Assembly: GCF_004365815.1 (NCBI RefSeq)
Contig: NZ_SODD01000044.1
Span: 1-20,725 of the forward strand
Origin: Breznakia blatticola
GTDB lineage: Bacteria > Bacillota_I > Bacilli_A > Erysipelotrichales > Erysipelotrichaceae
DNA length: 20,725 bases
Direction of reading: 5' to 3'
Translations under genes and position numbers: made by a program
Part shown: one piece after another, positions 19,442 through 20,725 of the stretch
How the letters are laid out: each line of letters begins with the position of its first letter
How positions within the stretch are numbered: position 1 is the first letter of the stretch
Notes under the pieces: generated by a model
The model's input: the letters and a program-made list of their open reading frames with translations, nothing else
Told to the model about the DNA's origin: nothing
The model's database searches: none

Positions 19442-19957
19442 ATGCATCAATCACAACCAAATGTTTGTATATATCCTGCAATAAGTAATCATAAAGAGAA
19501 ACTGCAAGATATATGCAATTCATGGACAAATAAAATTGAAGTAGAAGGTTCAAACTTCGATGAAACTTATATAGCAGATTCCTTAGAACATAAGTATTTA
19601 CCACCAATTGAAGACGCATCAAAAGAGCATCATTACTTTATGGTGATAGAAATAGATAAACAAATCGTTGGTTTCTTTGATATGTATTTAGGATATCCTA
19701 GTCATAATGTTGCATGGATAGGAATGTTTCTTATTGATCAAGCATATCAAAAGAAATCATATGGTACACTTGCTATGCAGTATATTGAGAGATTTGTTAA
19801 GGAAAAAGGATATTGTACAATGCAATTAGGTGTATATCATACGAATGTAAAAGGATTATCCTTTTGGATTCATACAGGTTTCAACCATATTCAAAAGTTT
19901 GTTCATGATAAGGAAACACAAAGAAACATACTTGTACTTGAGAAGCAAATACTATGA
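19442..19957 (+). CDS. GNAT-family N-acetyltransferase
   Basis: 171 aa. Motif A region IGMFLIDQAYQKKSYGTLAMQYIERFVKEKGY, then LGVYHTNVKGLSFWIHTGF. No clear RBS precedes ATG 19442, so the start is uncertain. Confidence 0.75.
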   Translation: MHQSQPNVCIYPAISNHKEKLQDICNSWTNKIEVEGSNFDETYIADSLEHKYLPPIEDASKEHHYFMVIEIDKQIVGFFDMYLGYPSHNVAWIGMFLIDQAYQKKSYGTLAMQYIERFVKEKGYCTMQLGVYHTNVKGLSFWIHTGFNHIQKFVHDKETQRNILVLEKQIL

Positions 19958-19974
19958 TGTTCCACGTGGAACAT
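19957..19974. repeat. perfect 18-bp palindrome at the GNAT stop codon
   Basis: ATGTTCCACGTGGAACAT is centred on CACGTG. Each half contains TTCCAC, the core of the local DnaA-box variant. The nearest T-run (19990-19998) is about 16 nt away, so it is a poor intrinsic terminator. Confidence 0.5.
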
Positions 19975-20004
19975 TCTAACTGTAATTACTTTTTTTTTAA
20001 GTAC

Positions 20005-20033
20005 TTGTCAAAGTAGAAATGATTCGTTATAAT
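20005..20033 (+). promoter_or_regulatory. sigma-A promoter driving the SRP RNA
   Basis: TTGTCA (20005-20010), a 17-nt spacer and TATAAT (20028-20033). The predicted start is about 7 nt downstream, at the 5' end of the RNA helix. Confidence 0.7.
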
Positions 20034-20040
20034 TAGTCTT

Positions 20041-20123
20041 GCTACTGCAACAATATCTAACTAACTTGGTCAGGTCGGGAACGAAGCAGCCATATGGAAG
20101 CTCTATTGTGTGTGGTAGCTTTT
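20041..20123 (+). ncRNA. ffs: small (4.5S-type) signal recognition particle RNA
   Basis: 20068-20092 GGTCAGGTCGGGAACGAAGCAGCCA matches the conserved SRP domain IV (E. coli GGUCAGGUCCGGAAGGAAGCAGCCA), including the GGAA tetraloop. 5' GCTAC (20041-45) pairs with 3' GTAGC (20115-19), closing one long hairpin, followed by TTTTATT. The ends are approximate. Confidence 0.75.
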
Positions 20124-20144
20124 ATTATATTTTGGAGATATCGT

Positions 20145-20597
20145 ATGGATCAAATATATATGAAGGAAGCTATTGTTGAAGCAAAAAAAGCATACGCAAT
20201 GGATGAAGTACCAATTGGTGCTGTAATTGTAAAATATAATACTATTATTGCTCGTGCACATAACTTACGTGAACATGAACAACTAGCAACTGCTCATGCA
20301 GAAATACTAGCAATTAATGAAGCATGCAAGCAACTACAAAGTTGGCGACTTGAAGGATGTACACTCTATGTTACATTAGAACCATGTCCAATGTGTTCAG
20401 GTGCAAGTATATTATCTCGCGTGGATCGTGTTGTATTTGGTGCAAGTGATCAAAAGGGTGGATCTATCGTAAGTAGTTTTTCAATGTTTGACCAACAAGG
20501 ATACAATCATTATCCAACGTATACTTCAGGAGTACTTGCAGATGAATGTGCAAGTTTACTAAAAGATTATTTTAAAGAGAAGCGAAATAAGAAGTAA
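20145..20597 (+). CDS. tadA: tRNA adenosine(34) deaminase TadA
   Basis: CDA zinc motifs HAEILA and PCPMCSGA. ATG 20145 has a GGAGA RBS (20134-20138). The track start at 20094 would run through the SRP RNA and is rejected. Confidence 0.9.
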   Translation: MDQIYMKEAIVEAKKAYAMDEVPIGAVIVKYNTIIARAHNLREHEQLATAHAEILAINEACKQLQSWRLEGCTLYVTLEPCPMCSGASILSRVDRVVFGASDQKGGSIVSSFSMFDQQGYNHYPTYTSGVLADECASLLKDYFKEKRNKK

Positions 20598-20598
20598 A

Positions 20599-20629
20599 GA
20601 TACGACATCGTAATTGTCGTGTCTTTTTT
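20599..20629 (+). terminator. rho-independent terminator of tadA
   Basis: GATACGACA (20599-20607) pairs with TGTCGTGTC (20615-20623): 9 bp with one U.G pair and a 7-nt loop, followed by TTTTTT (20624-20629). Confidence 0.85.
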
Positions 20630-20633
20630 ATAG

Positions 20634-20725
20634 GTGTGCCAGGCATGGTGCATATCTAGTTGGTGAAAGTCCAACCGCAGGTGTTACCGCTAAGCGTAGT
20701 GAACCACAAGCCGAAGTCGGTGACG
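20634..20725 (+). mobile_element. 5' end of a group II intron, class C (IIC)-like, cut by the window edge
   Basis: It starts GTGTG (GUGYG consensus). GTGTGCCAGGCATGGTGCATATCTAGTTGGTGAAAGTCC parallels the 5' end of the Oceanobacillus iheyensis IIC intron (GUGUGCCCGGCAUGGGUGCAGUCUAUAGGGUGAGAGUCC, from memory). It sits 10 nt after the tadA terminator stem; insertion after a terminator is the typical IIC target context. Confidence 0.8.

Overview
Replication-origin region of a low-GC Bacillota chromosome, standard genetic code (TGA is a stop; Trp is TGG). Conserved backbone: minus strand jag-yidC-rnpA-rpmH, then an upstream DnaA-box cluster, then plus strand dnaA, a second oriC part (DnaA boxes, DnaA-trio-like TAG repeats, AT-rich stretch), dnaN-yaaA-recF-gyrB-gyrA, a Ser T-box leader, serS, a GNAT acetyltransferase, a small SRP RNA and tadA. 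A PadR-DUF1048-DUF3592 module lies at the left. Accessory DNA interrupts the backbone four times. (1) The main locus is a tightly coupled two-gene minus-strand operon at 1543-4819. It encodes a classical single-module AAA+ ATPase with a C-terminal HTH-like tail, plus a 743-aa signal-less S8 subtilase with large unassigned N- and C-terminal regions. This is an IetAS-like candidate defence/conflict system with no known mechanism. (2) A frameshifted IS5/IS1182-type transposase sits between the rpmH promoter and the oriC DnaA boxes. (3) The 5' end of a group IIC intron lies just downstream of the tadA terminator. (4) The 3' end (domains V-VI) of another group II intron is at the window start. In addition, rpmH (L34) reads as frameshifted by one base. 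No CRISPR array, rRNA or tRNA was seen.
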